A DNA stretch of 64,000 nucleotides, taken from contig CATNEN010000038.1 of the NCBI GenBank assembly GCA_950097015.1, positions 11,098,001-11,162,000 of the forward strand, in the 5' to 3' direction. The notes under the pieces were generated by a model, which saw nothing but the letters and a program-made list of their open reading frames with translations, had not been told where the DNA came from and made no database searches. This document shows positions 63,380 through 64,000 of the stretch, piece after piece (the stretch's first letter is position 1; the number at the start of each line of letters is the position of its first letter). Source of the DNA: Macrostomum hystrix. Taxonomy: Eukaryota; Animalia; Platyhelminthes. Made by a program: the position numbers and the translations under genes.

Positions 63380-64000
63380 TCTCCTCTCTTCTCAGTCTAA
63401 TCTCTCCTCACCTCTGTTTCATCTCTACTCTCTCCTCATCCCGTCTAATCTCTCCTCTATCCCCTGTCTAATCTCTCCTCATCCCATGTCTAATCTCTCC
63501 TCTATCCCCTGTCTAATCTCTCCTCTATCCCCTGTCTAATCTCTCCTCATCCCATGTCTAATCTCTCCTCTATCCCCTGTCTAATCTCTCCTCATCCCCT
63601 GTCTAATCTCTCTTCTATCCCCCGTCTAATCTCTCCTCTATCCCCTGTCTAATCTCTCCTCATCCCCTGTCTAATCTCTCCTCATCCCCTGTCTAATCTC
63701 TCTTCTATCCCCCGTAAAATCTCTACTCTCTCCAATGTCTAATCTCTACTCTCTCGAATGTCTAATCTCTCCTCTATCCCCCGTCTAATCTCTCCTCATC
63801 CCCTGTCTAATCTCTCATCACCTGTCTAATCTCTATTCTATCCCCCATCTAATCTCTACTCTCTCTAATGTCTAATCTCTCCCCTATCCCTGTCTAGTCT
63901 CTCGACTACACCCTTCTAATCTCTCTTCTCTCCCCTGTCTAATCTCCATCCCTCCCCCATCAAATTTATTATCTTTCCCCTATCTAATCTCTCCTCTCCC
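63380..64000. repeat. ~22-23-nt minisatellite (CTGTCTAATCTCTCCTCTATCCC), running off the window
   Basis: Direct read; related to the TCT[A/C]ATCTCTCC family. Confidence 0.9.

Overview
Eukaryotic (invertebrate animal) genomic DNA, not prokaryotic. It has GT-AG spliceosomal introns, GC-rich exons in AT-rich spacers, and roughly 40% of the window in 5-34 nt tandem arrays. This style suggests a free-living flatworm such as Macrostomum, but that is inference only. Three well-supported spliced genes: p62/SQSTM1 (PB1-ZZ-LIR-UBA, + strand, 2 exons, 415 aa), an SLC47/MATE transporter (+ strand, 4 exons, 565 aa) and a Six3/6 (optix) homeobox gene (- strand, 2 exons, ~529 aa). There is also a possible orphan proline-rich gene (- strand). 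Mobile elements read directly from the sequence: two hAT/Charlie-type MITEs with 8-bp TSDs that carry an expandable internal minisatellite, a 250-bp MITE with a 9-bp TSD, a 35-bp TIR-only palindromic element with an 8-bp TSD, and two tRNA-derived SINE copies. Most long ORFs in the ORF track are translations of minisatellites. Best leads: (1) the MATE appears to have lost the acidic residues used for proton coupling; (2) the 35-bp minimal transposon; (3) MITE-borne seeding of minisatellites; (4) an overlapping ARE and M-box in the p62 promoter; (5) a 77-copy array of back-to-back 3'/5' splice sites; (6) extra co-repressor motifs in the Six3/6 tail. No CRISPR or prokaryotic system is present.
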